From assembly GCA_951406725.2 (NCBI GenBank), contig OX597824.1:47492001-47556000 (forward strand): a DNA stretch of 64,000 nucleotides, in the 5' to 3' direction. Source of the DNA: Octopus vulgaris (taxonomy: Eukaryota). Position numbers and translations under genes: made by a program. Of this stretch, positions 13,789-25,528 are shown piece after piece; positions within the stretch are counted from its first letter, which is position 1, and every line of letters starts with the position of its first letter. The notes below the pieces were generated by a model that was given only the letters and a program-made list of their open reading frames with translations, was not told where the DNA came from and did not search any database.

Positions 13789-16608
13789 AACAAAACTAAA
13801 TGCAAAAAACAAAAAAATATTTATATGGGAAATTAAATGTTGGAAGTAAAATTATGGCTGAAATTTTCAATTTATTTTCCTTATATTTCCAAATATTTTT
13901 CAACTGATTAAAAAAAAAATGAGTAAAGAAATTTGACCCTTTAGCATTTACATTACTCTGCCAGTTGCATTGTTTTAAATTAATCATGCTTGATATTTTG
14001 ATGATATGTTTGTTTATCTTTAGAAGGACATTGTAGAGTAGGTGTGAGAGACTGGATTTGGCCAGTTTGAACATAAAACAGGTGGAATATTTGGACTAGA
14101 TACAGCCGGTTTAAATGCTTTCAATTTGTTGATTGTTCTAAGAGATATAATACTGAATTAAATACCTTAAAATATTTAGTTTCAGATTCCACTGAGGTTT
14201 TGAGTCTACATTTCCATTTGTCAAAAGTCAATAAAGTAAATAAGAAATATGCTGAGAGTGACATTATTACATAATAATCAGTAACCGTTGTAAAACCGAT
14301 TATAGCAGTGACTCAATCAATTCCCAGCAAAATCTGAAGAAGGGATTTTTATATTCCAAAATATTATATCAGCCTATGAATAATTAAATTATAACAGTTA
14401 TTATAGTTCATTCTGCATTGTTGTGCCTTTCAAGATATGTTATATTTCATTACATAATTAAATTATCCCTTATGTCTAATGAAAATAAATCATTAATTAT
14501 GAAAATCTAATTCAGGAAGATGCAATTAAGTGTAAAGAGCTAATTTCCCAAATCTACAATAGAAAAGTAAATGATTTGTTTGATGGTGACTAACAGAGTA
14601 TCAAAATGAAGCCTCTGTACCTAGTGTAAGGAGTGACTTTTGGTGTTGTGTTGTATGAATGCATTTGTTATGCACCATTTGAAGTTTGTGGTGGTGTGGC
14701 ATTGAAAGACAATGCAACAGCTATCTGTGTGTTAGTACTATTCCAAGAAATTGTGGTTCATTCATTACGTATATCTCTAATGACTGGTCTTTCCCCACAT
14801 TTAATTCCTGGGATGCTTAAATATGAGGAGGATGTCCTCATATTTCTCCTGATGTGCTGAAATTTCTACTAATTTTGGACACTGCATTTGTTTAACTGGG
14901 AGGGTAGCTACTTGTCAGCAATGAGGGTAAAATAAAGTATATGTTCTTTCAACTCAATATTAATCACGACAATCCAGCAACATGAATCAAGAAATTGTAG
15001 CTTGCAAGACATACCAATGAAGATTTTTGAATGAAGCTCTCAAGGGGATAGAAGAGGACACTTTGGGATAGCATATAGGAATAAAGAAGTGGTAGTAACA
15101 ACAAGAAGTATAACCACAAGTTAGCAGCTTCATGGAATGCACTCAAAACCATTGTTATACAAATGCTTGGAAAAACACTTTGTACAATGTGAAGATAGGA
15201 TATGAATTTGAAGCAAGGGATTTTCATTGTATAGTTCAAATGGCAAGTAAGACGTTGCAGAAGATGACATGAGAATTTGACTTTAGCCAGATGCAGAGGT
15301 GGCCCAGGAGACCAAAAGGAAATGGCAGATGAAGTTGTTGATAACAACAGAAACATTGAAGATGAAGACAACAAGCCATAGCTTAAGAAACCCAAACTCT
15401 TTCTTATTATACTAGAATCCCTTCATAATGTCATTAATCATTTCATATATTGACTTGTCAATAAAAACTGATGTCCAGCAAGATTATCAACATCTCAGAG
15501 CCTTAGAGGAACTCATTATTCAGAAGCAGCATCAGCAAGGTAACCAACTAAAACTTGATTAATTTATTCAGGCCAATTTGTCCCAGTTCTGCTGCAGCTG
15601 TTAAGCCTATCGATATTCGTGACTGTGATGACCCACCCACTGCTAATTCAGTCCCTACATAGTCACCCAGACTAAGGACTGGTCTTCATGGCTCTACTAA
15701 TACATTACGACAAGTTAACACCTCTACAACTTCTTCCACATCTTCTATACCAAGTTGCTCTGTCTTTTATCACAAGTAAATGTGATAATTTATAGTTTAA
15801 CTTTTTATTTTTACAGGCATGACTGTGTGATTAAGAAGTCCACTCCTCTTCGGTGCCACTACATAGCACCTTGAACAACTGCCTTATACTGTAATTCCTG
15901 GCAGACCAAAAGCTTGGTGAATTTGGTTTTTGGAAACTATGAAGCTCATTGTGTATGTGTGTGTGTTTTAATTTGTAGCTCTCCAAAAACCACTGAACAA
16001 GTGATGACATTATTTCCTGTCAAAATATCGTTCACTGTCTTTGCACCTTTGAAGGAGTGTAGAATAAGAGATCCTTTACTTGAAAAACACAGGTTTATCC
16101 AAAAGAAGGACGTCCAGTTGTAAAACAATGCCTCAGTAATATATTTGTCTAACACATGCTAGCATTGAAAAGCAAACATTCTGTCTTTGTAAATAACTTT
16201 ATAGAATAAATATTGACATGTTTTATATAGTTATATGATGATTACAGTATTTTCTGTAACTTTGTTACTGTTTATATTCATGGTGTAGTGTATATATTTT
16301 AGATACATATGCAATATTAATACCTATCATTAGTTAACTTGGACAATCAGATAAGTAAACCAAAACAAATAGGCTAGAGATTAAGTGATTAAAGTAGAGT
16401 TTAATCTGACAACATAAGAATGAGCAAGCCAAATATTTTTATAATGATCCAGTTTAAGAAACACTTTATCAACTTTCTATCTGTTGTTTTTCAGACATAT
16501 ACCCAGGGTTACACACTAAGATTGCTTTCCATTTAGAAGCACATTTTATCTTCATGTCCTCTAAGCATTAATGTGAAACTACTGTTGCTGTATCTTGGGA
16601 GAGTCACA

Positions 16609-16856
16609 CCAACAATAATAAACACATGCACTGGTTTAGTGTCACTTTATTGTTCAGTTGGTTAATTATTTAGCCAGCTAACTTACCATTTGTTTGTTTA
16701 ATGTGTTGGTTAAACAATCAATTGGTTGTTTGCCAAAGTCCTTTCATTACTATTCACAACATCATCATTGATATCAATTAGCTGGCTAAATAATTAACCA
16801 ATTGACTTACAGTAAAGAAACGATATTGAACCACTGTGTGTGTTTATTATTTTTGG
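16609..16856. repeat. Foldback with ~75-bp imperfect inverted arms
   Basis: TTGGTTAATTATTTAGCCAGCTAA vs TTAGCTGGCTAAATAATTAACCAA; AATAATAAACAC vs GTGTTTATTATT. Confidence 0.8.
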
Positions 16857-17836
16857 CATAGTGACCATCACCACAAGAAGATTTGTTTCAACACATGAAT
16901 TCATATCAAGAATCTTGCAAACCAAATACAAAAACAAAAATTGATTAAAATTTCTATGTATAATAGAAAAATATTTTGTGTGGATTCAGCCATGTAACTA
17001 ACATTTTAAAACTTCTGTTGAATGATAAGAGGTGCAACCACATCCATTAAGTAATCTTAGCTACTAGAGTGAAGAACATGCAAATAAGCAATATAGCCAA
17101 ATATTGAGATTCTGGATAATCTGTAACAGTAAACAAGTCAATTGTATATATATTTAATTTGCAATTCAACAACATGTAGTGTATATAAAGATTTCTTAAT
17201 ATTAAATTTATAAAATTTAGAATTTTTATAATTTCATTAAATAGGATCTGATATTTTACATAATGTTCTTCCTTAGCTAGAAATTAGTTTTATGTTTAAC
17301 AGTTAAAATAGCTTATGATAACCATTTAGCATGAAATATCACATGCGTCTAAGTTGTTTTTAAAAACTGAATAAATCTGTTGGTTTGATGGAATTTTTTA
17401 AATAAAAAGTAGAAAAGGTTTAAGATCTAAAAAATTATCTGGATACATATGTACCAAGGTGTAAACATGTAAGAAAGAAGGCTCTAAAAGGCAAACATGA
17501 GTGTTTAAAGTTAATACAATTATTTTTATTTTAAACGTTTATTTTGATTTTAATAATATGTATTACAAATGAGTATTAAGAATTTCTAAGCAAGTAGTGT
17601 TTATACCAGATTAAAATACAAATACAAAAATACATTAAAAAAAATAGGAAGGTGACATAATTGTTACTCTGAAATAAATAGATATTTCACCATACAACAC
17701 TAAAATTAAAACACTATCATTAAAATAACAATCATGAAATTTAATGTAATGATTTACATTTTTTCCTTTCTCTTCTGTTTAAATAATTCTCACATTCCAT
17801 CAGTTCTTAAGCTCCCTTCCTTGTATATATCTCTTT

Positions 17837-18463
17837 TTAAAGCAAATGTGGAGCAAAATACTTCACAAATGGGTTGTCTTTATCTTCTCCAAATATAAAA
17901 TCTAGCCATGCATTTACATATTCATCCTGGCTCATTTTACCCACATGATCTTTCACCATGCATTCAAAAACTTTGTCAATTACCTCCTTGTTGTCATATC
18001 CAAAACAAGCCAATCCCTTTTCGAGTTCATCACACGTTATAAAGCCATCTTTGTCAAAGTCAAATATTTGGAAAAATAATGTTACAGCAGATTTCAGGCT
18101 GTTCCGAGCCATAAGTGGATCAACTGTCATAAGTTGTCCAATTGCACCAATATACTCATCCTCAGAGATTTTGGCACCATTTTTAATTGCTTCAGCCATT
18201 TGTGTCACCAATGGCATAACATCACCACTGTGTTCATTGTCAACCTTTTTAAACCCATCAACAAGCCACCCATAAATTTCTTTTGCTCTGTCCTCATCCA
18301 AATTGTACTGCACTGCAAAGCGATTAGCTATAAGTTCAAAGTCTTCTTTAGCCATGAATCCATCTTTTGTAGTATCCATCATTTTAAACCATACTCTTAT
18401 TTTCTCTTTCACAAAGTCAGAAAAGTGGATTTTATCAGTTGAAATCTCTTCTAAATGTGACAT
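17837..18463 (-). CDS. Sarcoplasmic calcium-binding protein (SCP)-like EF-hand protein, 208 aa, intronless CDS
   Basis: ORF 17837..18583 read from Met41 (MSHLEEISTDKIHFSDFVKEKIRVWFKMMDTTKDGFMAKEDF). EF loops DTTKDGFMAKED and DFDKDGFITCDE, with degenerate EF2/EF4. The N-terminus resembles annelid/mollusc SCPs as recalled. A splice acceptor (ctccttgttcag|) just 5' of 18485 indicates non-coding upstream exon(s). Confidence 0.88.
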   Translation of the reverse strand: MSHLEEISTDKIHFSDFVKEKIRVWFKMMDTTKDGFMAKEDFELIANRFAVQYNLDEDRAKEIYGWLVDGFKKVDNEHSGDVMPLVTQMAEAIKNGAKISEDEYIGAIGQLMTVDPLMARNSLKSAVTLFFQIFDFDKDGFITCDELEKGLACFGYDNKEVIDKVFECMVKDHVGKMSQDEYVNAWLDFIFGEDKDNPFVKYFAPHLL

Positions 18464-19088
18464 TATGTAAAACTTTTTGTTGTCACTGAACAAGGAGAAA
18501 CAAATGTGTAGTGACCTGTATGAAAGAATCCTGATCAAATGTTTACATTTCTCTGTAGGAATTATCCTTTTAAAGCAAATCATGATCAGATTATCTAGAT
18601 TTAATCAGATTAGCAATTTCATCAGCAATAAGATTAACCTCTCAAATCTGCAGAAAAAAACATTATTCATTTTTTAATTGCATCTGGGGGAAATATCTAT
18701 TACAAATCCCAAACAGCTTTGTAGTCATGGGAATATTCCAAGTATGAATCTGAGAATAAGCAGAACTCTGTGTTTGTGAAAGTGTCAAATGGTTGAGATA
18801 TTGTAGTCATGAGTTCATATTCTCATATATTCATTGTATCACTCGGTAGGAGATATTTAATTTTGTGTGGTTCTGTCTACTTTGTCCTGGAATCTATCCA
18901 AGAAGAGAATCATACTTTAATAGATTAATATCATAAAATAGAATTTGCAAGTTCCTATGTGTCATAGAAATGTGTGTTCATGTAATCCTTAAATTTTGAG
19001 GAAAAATTCTAAAGTTAACCATCTACATTAGTAACAGCTTATTAAATGAAAAGATTAAAATTTCTTTTACTAATTACTTTGTAGCTGT

Positions 19089-19497
19089 TACTCTCTTTTA
19101 CTTGTTTCAGTCATTTGACTATGGCCATGCTGGAGCACTGCCTGTAGTCGAGCAAATTGACCCCAGGACTTATTCTTTGTAAGCCTAGTACTTATTCTAT
19201 CGGTCTCTTTTTGCTGAACCGCTAAGTTACAGGGACATAAACACACCAGCATTGGTTGTCAAGCGATGTTGGGGGGACAAACACAGACACACAAACATAC
19301 GCACACACACGTGCATATATATATCCATATATACGATGGGCTTCTTTCAGTTTCCATCTACCAAATCCACTCACAAGGTTTTGGTCGACCCAAGGCTATA
19401 GTAGAAGACACTTGCTCAATGTGCCATGCAGTAGGACTGAACCCAGAACCATGTGGTTGGTAAGCAAGCTACTTACCACACAGCCACTCCTGCACCT
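19089..19497 (-). mobile_element. tRNA-derived SINE family B (representative near-full copy)
   Basis: The minus strand begins aggtgcaggagtggctgtgtggtaagtagcttgc...ggttcagtcc (A/B boxes). Copies at about 15815-16170, 32840-33200, 33245-33400, 33420-33780, 52380-52757 and 55300-55697. Confidence 0.8.
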
Positions 19498-19628
19498 ATT
19501 CAGTTCTCTGAAATATTTGAAATTGTTTTAAGGAACAATTGTTTATTTTTTTTCTGTATAGTCTTTCACTGTTCATTGTGTGTGTTGGCAACATTAAAGG
19601 TCTGGTATGTGTGTGTGATATAAATATA

Positions 19629-20026
19629 CTTAGCTGAGTAAAAAGTAAGCAATGTTTTGAAACATGAAATTCATCACAATATATTTCAACAATGTGGAAA
19701 TTTTATTCACCAAAATAAGTACCATTACAATCAACGCATTTTTGCCAAGGAGTTACAAGTTTGTTTATTCTGATAACAAAAAATCTGGAGCTGATGAGCT
19801 CTTTGAATGCACTTTCAGCTTCGGTTTGATTTTTGAACTCTATTCTCAGTAAACCATCAAGGTGCTTGAAAAAGTAGTAGTCAGTAGGAGAAAGGCCTGG
19901 GGAATAAGCTGGGTGGGGAAGAACTTTGTAGCCAACTTCTGGAGTATCATTAGTGAAATGTGTGGTCAAGCATTGTCATGAAGGCAATGCTTGACCACAT
20001 GTTGCTTACTTTTTACTCAACCAGAT
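19629..20026 (-). mobile_element. Internally deleted mariner element
   Basis: Inverted ends TGAGTAAAAAGTAAGCAA / TTGCTTACTTTTTACTCA. ORF 19703..19969 has HPAYSPGLSPTDYYFF (YSPDL motif) and WQKCVDCNGTYF. Confidence 0.85.
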
Positions 20027-21041
20027 ATTAGCAATTACATTGGTTGGTAAACACCAGTGCTGTATTTAAATGTTAAAAACCTATTGATAATATTTAGTAT
20101 CTCTATCTGTGCTAATGTTGATTGAGACCATAAGCAATAATGGTGGGTTAATTCTATTAACATTTGTCTATCATAGTTAATATTGGCAATGAGAAAATTA
20201 GTTGCAGTAAGAGCCATTAGATTCTTGGTAGGAAATGAGAAGTGAATTGTTCACTTTTCTTAAGAACTTTTAGTAACTAGATGTTAAATAAAATCAGTTT
20301 ACAGTCTAATCTTGTTCGTAACTTACATTTTCTTGCACAGCACTTGTTAATAGAAGGAAAATCATAACAATTGTTGTGGTATTAGAAGAGTTGGATGCAG
20401 TAATAAAATAGTAATATTGTCTTCAGCAAAACAACAGTGCCAGAAAATCTGATTCCATATTCTTATAGTTGTCTCTAACAAGGACCCCGTGATTTGCTTT
20501 GTCTTCTCTGTTAACAATATAAGTCTTGTGTGAACTAACATGGTAATTTAAGAGTGACTGGGAAGAAATTATAATGGTTTTCAGCACCATGTGTCTCCAA
20601 TTCTTTTCTACTCTTGACACAAGGCCTGTAATTTTTGGAGAGGGGGCCGGTTGATCTAAATTGACTCCAGTATGCAACTGGTACTTGATTTATTGACCCT
20701 GAAAGGATGAAAAGCAAAGTCGACCTTGGCAGAATTTGAATACCGCTAAACATTTTGCCCAGCATGCCAACATTTCTGCCAGTTTGCCGCCTTCCATATG
20801 TCTCCAATTATCACAGTTGTTTGTGATCTTCATGTAGCTCCAGTGGGGGGAAGTATACTTGAAATGTAGAAATGCATTGGATAAAGAGGGACTATCTCAT
20901 GCCGACACTACAAAAAGACCAGCATTCAAATTGACAGCAGACCACGAGATACAGTGATTGATTAAGTAAAATGAAGGATCATTAAAGACAGTTGCTGAGG
21001 TACTCAAAATATCTGATGAGGTAGGAAACATACATGATAAT

Positions 21042-21319
21042 ACAGTTCTATATTTAAGAGATGAGGAATTATGTACATTATTTACATTTGATGGGCATAT
21101 GGCGTAGTGGTTAAGAGCGCGGGCTACTAACCCGAAGATTCCAAATTCGATTCCAGGCAGTGACCTGAATAATAACAACATCAAAAAATACCTTAGGAAT
21201 GAGAACCCAGGTTCGAAATTTCCCCAAGACACCTGATGAAGGCTGAAGGGTATATCAGCTGAAACATTGTGTTAACAACAAACAAGATGAGGACAAATAT
21301 CCATCAAATGTAAATATGT
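21042..21319 (+). mobile_element. tRNA-headed SINE with hammerhead-bearing Penelope-like 3' part and inverted 5' tail
   Basis: A box TGGCGTAGTGG (21100-21110) and B-box-like AATTCGATTCC (21144-21154). Bases 21074-21094 are the reverse complement of the 3' end 21301-21320, extended by a ~32-nt tail. Flanked by the direct repeat ATACATGATAAT (21030-41 and 21320-31). Confidence 0.78.
21228..21273 (+). ncRNA. Degenerate minimal type I hammerhead ribozyme inside a SINE
   Basis: GACAC CTGATGA A GGCTGA-agggtata-TCAGCT GAAAC ATT GTGTT. Stems I and II pair. Stem III would be palindromic ACGT but reads ACAT, consistent with CpG decay. Confidence 0.65.
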
Positions 21320-21349
21320 ATACATGATAATCACCTGGATAATCTAGAA

Positions 21350-22665
21350 GGTGTCATACTCAATAACTGACAGCAATAGCACTGTAAACTGCTACAAAGC
21401 AAATGAGATTCTTTAGAGAGAAAATTATGAAGGCACTAAATTGTTGGATTAGGATGTGAAGGTCGTAGAGGGAATCATAGCACAATTGATCTGTTAGAAA
21501 TAACCTAGATGAGCAGTTTGGCTTTGTGCCTGGAAGAGAAATCACAAATCTTCCTAGTGAGGCAACAACAGGAAAAATATTTAGCTAAGATTAAGCCACC
21601 ATGCTTAGGATTTGGAGAAGGCTTTTGATAAGGTTCCATTTTCTGTAATCTTGTGATCATGAAGGAAACTAGGCTTGTGAAGGCTGTATAAAGGCACAGT
21701 AAGTAAAATGAAGGTCAACAATAAATTTAGTGTCAAGGTAGAGGGTCCTCAGCTCCCTCTATTCGTCAGTCTTACAGGCCATTACAGAGGAGTTTATGGC
21801 TAGTCATCCATGGAAACTCCTAAAAACTAGTAATCTTATTCTTAAGGCTGAATCTATGGAAGAATTAAGAAATTACTTAGGTGTGAGAAAAGAAGACAGG
21901 ACCCTTGGTATCATCAAGGAAATGGCTTTGATATGCAGAAAAGGAGTCTATATGCCATACCCAGTGTAAGCTATGGACACATGAGAAATGTAGTAGAACT
22001 GTTGGTAGGTTAACAGAGAAGGCATACTTGGTATGTGACATACTTTGGAACAATGCATACTAGGAGCATGCTGGAAATAGATTCTCTTGAATGCCAGTTG
22101 GCTCTCTAGAAGTAGAAGGTAACTTCCATTATCGAGGTGGCATTATTAGCCAGACAGTTGGTTTAGATAATGGGTTGGAAAAAGTTAAGGGAGATATTTC
22201 TGCTGCTAGTAACAAAGTTCTTTTTCCACCAGAAAGAAAGGCAGATTGTATGATGCTTGTGTTAGAACTCCAATGCTGCATAGTAACAAAATGGAACCTT
22301 TAAATGCATAAGACTAGAAAGAAATGATAGCAGTATGTTTTAATGGGTATGTAATATTAGTGTGTATTAACACAAGAGTATGAGTGAGGTGAGAGAAAAA
22401 CTGCATATAAGAGAAATCAGCTGTTTTATGCAAGAAAGGAGGCTGTGGAGATGTAGACATAGAAGATGATGCTACATAAGGATAATGAGCATCTGCAGAA
22501 GACAAAAACTATAAATTAATTGGCATTAGGAAGGGCATCTGGTTGTAGAAACAAAGCCGGATGATATGTTTGATGAGCAGTATTGCCCAATAAGAAATGA
22601 CTCAGACATGATAATTCATCCAACCCATGCTAACATGGAAAGAGAATGTAAAATGATGATGATAA
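21350..22665 (+). mobile_element. Old decayed copy of the same RTE LINE family
   Basis: Remnants of QFGFVPG, EKAFDKV, LQAITEEF and QCKLWTH are colinear with the 35142-37697 copy. Ends in the same (GAT)n tail. Confidence 0.7.
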
Positions 22666-24499
22666 TAACTTTTTAAAAGTGGAATTTTTTTGTTGTCTTA
22701 ACAAGAATGATATCCTACCTATTTCTACAGAAATTACAACACTGGGTAATATCTGTGTTGTTATGCAGCATGGTAGAAATAACAGCTAAATTTTGATAAC
22801 AGCATACTTTTAAGAATAACACATTAAATAATGTAGTCCAAAGCATCTAATGTCTGACAAAAAAGACAAGATAATCAGGGTTGTAATGCTTTTTTAATCA
22901 TAAGGTTGTTAATTAGGGATAAACGACAACAAAAATTTAAAAAATAGTCAAAGTGTTTTCGAAGATGGTGGATTAATAAGGATTTTGAGATTATTTTATA
23001 AAAATATACTGCATTGTAACTTGACATCTCAATTACAAGGTTTAATTCAATATCTGATGAAATTATCAACACTAATAAGATTCCAATACACAAACCTTCC
23101 TCAGAAAAAAAAAAAGTGTTTATTGATCATAACAGAGGTCGGTCAAGCTGCAATCTATGTTTGCCTGTTGTACTGAATTTTCATTACTTGGCAATATAAC
23201 AGTATTGTAACTGTGCAAAGCTTGCTTAAATTGTACTATGATTGAACTTGTAATGCATTTTCCAAGAACCTGCTGGTACTGCTACTGCTTCGAATATGAA
23301 TTATGCAGTTTGAGCTGTCCTACAAAAGTCCTGTGCCAGTGCCACATAAAAGCACTCATGTCAGTGCCACTTAAAAGCGCTCATGCTGATGCCATGTTAA
23401 AAGCACCTAGCATACATTGCAAAGTAGAAATTAAGCCAAATCAGACTGGCACCTGGTGCAGCCCTCTAGTTTGCCAGCTCTGGTCAAACTGTCCAACCCA
23501 TGCCGGCATGAAAAACAAATGTTAAAAGGTGGTGGTGGTGGCGGCGGCTGTTGTTGTTGTTGTTTAGGAGGAGTATATGCTTATATCTTTCCCACAAGGA
23601 TATTGGCAGCAAACTACCCATTTGCTCTACTACAACAAATTTAGACATATTATTATGGCCTGTAAAAATTTTTAAAAAGCTTTATTACAAATTAATAGTT
23701 CGATTCAATTCCATAGGGAGGTAGGACGGTGATCAGTATTTTGTAATACCTGGTGTGGCAAATATATTTACCCATTACAGTAATCCCTTGACTATTGCAG
23801 GTGTTATATATTGCAGGTGTAAATATATGTAGACCTGGATTTTTAGAGCTTCCTCTTTATCTATGTTACTTGCTTGGAAGTATTGTCAGTGTTGGTAAAA
23901 TCTCTTGCAGTATTTCTTCTGGCTCTTTGTATTCAGAATTTAAATCCCACTAAAATCAACTTTGCTTTTCATCCTTCTGATGTTGATAATATTCACTTAT
24001 CTCTTCTCCTCAAAATTGCTGATCTTGTTTCTAAATTAGAATCAATTCTTAAAGGCTGAAAGCTGATAATTGCTAGAGTATCAGAAAAAATTTCTTGCCT
24101 TATTTGTTCCAGCTCTTTACACTCTGAGTTCAAATCCTGTTAAGATCATTTTCTTCTTTTCATCAGTTTGTGGGGTCAATAAAATCAAGTACCAGTTGGG
24201 TGCTGGGTTTGATGTAATTAATAAACCCTCTTCTTATTATAATACAAATTACACTCTTTATAAGTTAGTAAATTCTAATCCATACAAAAGATATCAGGAA
24301 GGAAAAACAACTCAAACAGGAGTACAAAGTAATTAATTAATTAATTAATTTTACACTGTTAGAAAGAAACAGAAAAGAGTTTTTGGGCTCTTTCTCAACA
24401 ATTTATACATTTATCAATATAAAGTAAACCCAAACATTCTTGATAAAGCCCACTCAGTATGTTGACTAGAACACGTTTTCTACTGAGAAGCATCATTAA

Positions 24500-24719
24500 C
24501 CCTTTTGTTACTGTATTTATTTTGAGATGCTCTGTGTTTCTTTTAATTACTTTAAATATAACAAAGAATTTTGTAAAATAACTTAGTTATCATTAAGCTA
24601 GTTTTAGGAACATAAATTGTGACTAAGGTTTGGTGGAAGATTTAAATTCAAAACTTATGAAAGCAAGACATTTGTACTCAGAGCCAAAGCCGGTTTCAGC
24701 CAGGTTTGTAACAAAAGGG
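24500..24719. mobile_element. piggyBac-type MITE
   Basis: TTAA|CCCTTTTGTTAC ... GTAACAAAAGGG|TTAA: a perfect 12-bp TIR with TTAA target duplication. Confidence 0.88.
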
Positions 24720-25293
24720 TTAAGCACTATTGCTTCTGTTGACTTTTATCTATCATGCTTCATTAATGTCTGTTTCTTAATAAAGGATGGTCTTCTTCTT
24801 TACAGCATGAAATTGGTTACTTTGTACTTTGTGTTGTTTTTCTCTCCTGAGATCTTTTAGATATACTAGGTGCAACATATACATTTACCCATTAGGTAAA
24901 CATAATAAGTCATTCACTTTGTTTGAGAAAAAATTAAGGGCAGTGTGAAAGCAAAGGATGGCCATTTTGAATTGTAAATGTATGTAAAATATTGATTTCA
25001 AATTTTGGCACAAGACCAGCAATTTCTGGGGAGGGATAAATCCATTACATCAACCCCAGTATTCAACTGGTACTAATTTTATCAATCCTGGAATGATGAA
25101 AAGCAAAGTTGACTTTGGTGGAATTTGAACTCAAAACATAAAGACAGACAAAATGCCACTAAGAACTTTTGCCTAGGAAGCTAACAATTCTGTCAGTTCA
25201 CCATATAAAGTATACATAAAATATTGTCATAAATATAACAATCAGCCTGTAAACTTCATTAACAAAAACATAAAACCTTTCATTTTATGATTA

Positions 25294-25528
25294 CAGTAAT
25301 CACTTGTTATATCGCGGTTCACCTATTGTGGTTTATTATTTAAGCTTATGACGATTCCTCCATGGTGTTGTTTTGCATTTATAATAAAATATATATATAC
25401 AAATTATAAAAATAATTTAAAAAAAGTATGCAGTACAGTACTGTTTCTACTTTGTGGATTTTCACCTATCGCAGGGGTGGGGTTGGTGGGGTAAGAACAT
25501 AACACCTGTAATAGTCGAGGGTTTACTG
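25294..25528. mobile_element. Tigger/pogo-type MITE
   Basis: TA|CAGTAATCACTTGTTATATCGCGG ... AATAGTCGAGGGTTTACTG|TA: imperfect TIRs with TA duplication. Confidence 0.65.

Noticed and set aside
14880-15600. Possible Tigger/pogo transposase remnant and ORF 14964..15395
   Set aside because: No intact motif or TIR could be verified by eye.
18464-18583. N-terminal 40 aa of ORF 17837..18583 as coding
   Set aside because: It spans a polypyrimidine tract and AG acceptor at ~18486; SCP-like sequence starts at Met41.
19791-19830. CTGATGAG as a hammerhead core
   Set aside because: No correctly placed GAAA; it lies within mariner transposase sequence.
21013-21035. CTGATGA...GAAAC just upstream of the SINE as another hammerhead
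   Set aside because: Only GGTAG lies between the motifs, so no stem II can form, and there is no matching stem III or stem I.
21093-21165. Functional tRNA gene
   Set aside because: Acceptor and T stems pair poorly, the B box is mutated, and it is embedded in a TSD-flanked element, so it is a SINE head.
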